Below are positions 63,997 to 64,000 of a stretch of DNA of 64,000 nucleotides, piece by piece. Where the stretch lies: the NCBI GenBank assembly GCA_903917235.1, contig CAIWZS010000413.1, positions 342-64,341 of the forward strand, in the 5' to 3' direction. How positions within the stretch are numbered: the first letter of the stretch is position 1; every line of letters begins with the position of its first letter. The notes under the pieces are model-generated. The model saw only the letters and a program-made list of their open reading frames with translations, had not been told where the DNA came from and ran no database searches. The translations under genes and the position numbers were made by a program. This DNA is from an uncultured Planctomycetaceae bacterium. GTDB lineage: Bacteria; Planctomycetota; Planctomycetia; Pirellulales; UBA1268.

Positions 63997-64000
63997 TCCG
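63955..64000 (-). tRNA. tRNA-Phe (anticodon GAA), 3' two-thirds only; the 5' part lies beyond the window
   Basis: The reverse complement reads cgga-CTGAAAA-tccg (anticodon stem-loop, GAA), tgtgt, gccgg-TTCGATT-ccggc (T arm), cctgtcc-a (acceptor strand plus discriminator). It closely parallels E. coli tRNA-Phe. CCA is not encoded. Confidence 0.8.

Overview
This is a very GC-rich bacterial chromosome segment. Its gene content points to Planctomycetota: a DUF1559 prepilin-like protein, TIGR03000-type repeats, a DUF1580 protein, and secreted proteins with an R-rich 'LExRxL(L/A)' N-terminus. All domain calls come from reading motifs in the supplied translations and my own translations; no database search was run. 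The ORF track renders GTG and TTG starts as M, so several track ORFs are over-extended at the 5' end and I trimmed them.

Layout:
- 1-980: 5' part of an MmeI-family restriction/methylase gene that runs off the left edge.
- 1.1-11.6 kb: secreted repeat proteins and a divergent ECF sigma factor / Ser-Thr kinase pair.
- 11.7-17.2 kb: a minus-strand housekeeping run (accA, a small kinase, truA, asd, and an HTTM membrane protein with its partner).
- 17.4-25.4 kb: TIGR03000 protein, FKBP isomerase, a MazG / membrane protein / ABC-ATPase trio, leuA and glnB.
- 26.0-27.3 kb: a photolyase/cryptochrome-like gene whose two domains appear to be in reversed order.
- 27.4-51.6 kb: a roughly 24-kb co-directional minus-strand cluster. 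It has a MoxR-DUF58-VWA (Bat-like) core, preceded by a giant PQQ beta-propeller protein and a prenyltransferase-like toroid. It is followed by an NPCBM-like protein and three tandem HtrA paralogues, of which only one keeps the catalytic triad.
- 51.9-55.3 kb: HU, rfbB, and a DUF1559 protein with its lipoprotein partner.
- 55.4-64.0 kb: an 8.5-kb island inserted in tRNA-Phe and bounded by a 44-bp direct repeat. It carries an integrase, a DUF1580/excisionase-like protein, a Prim-Pol primase, a P27-type small terminase and an MmeI-family restriction-modification enzyme, but no virion structural genes, so it looks like a phage satellite.

No CRISPR array, rRNA gene or transposase was seen.
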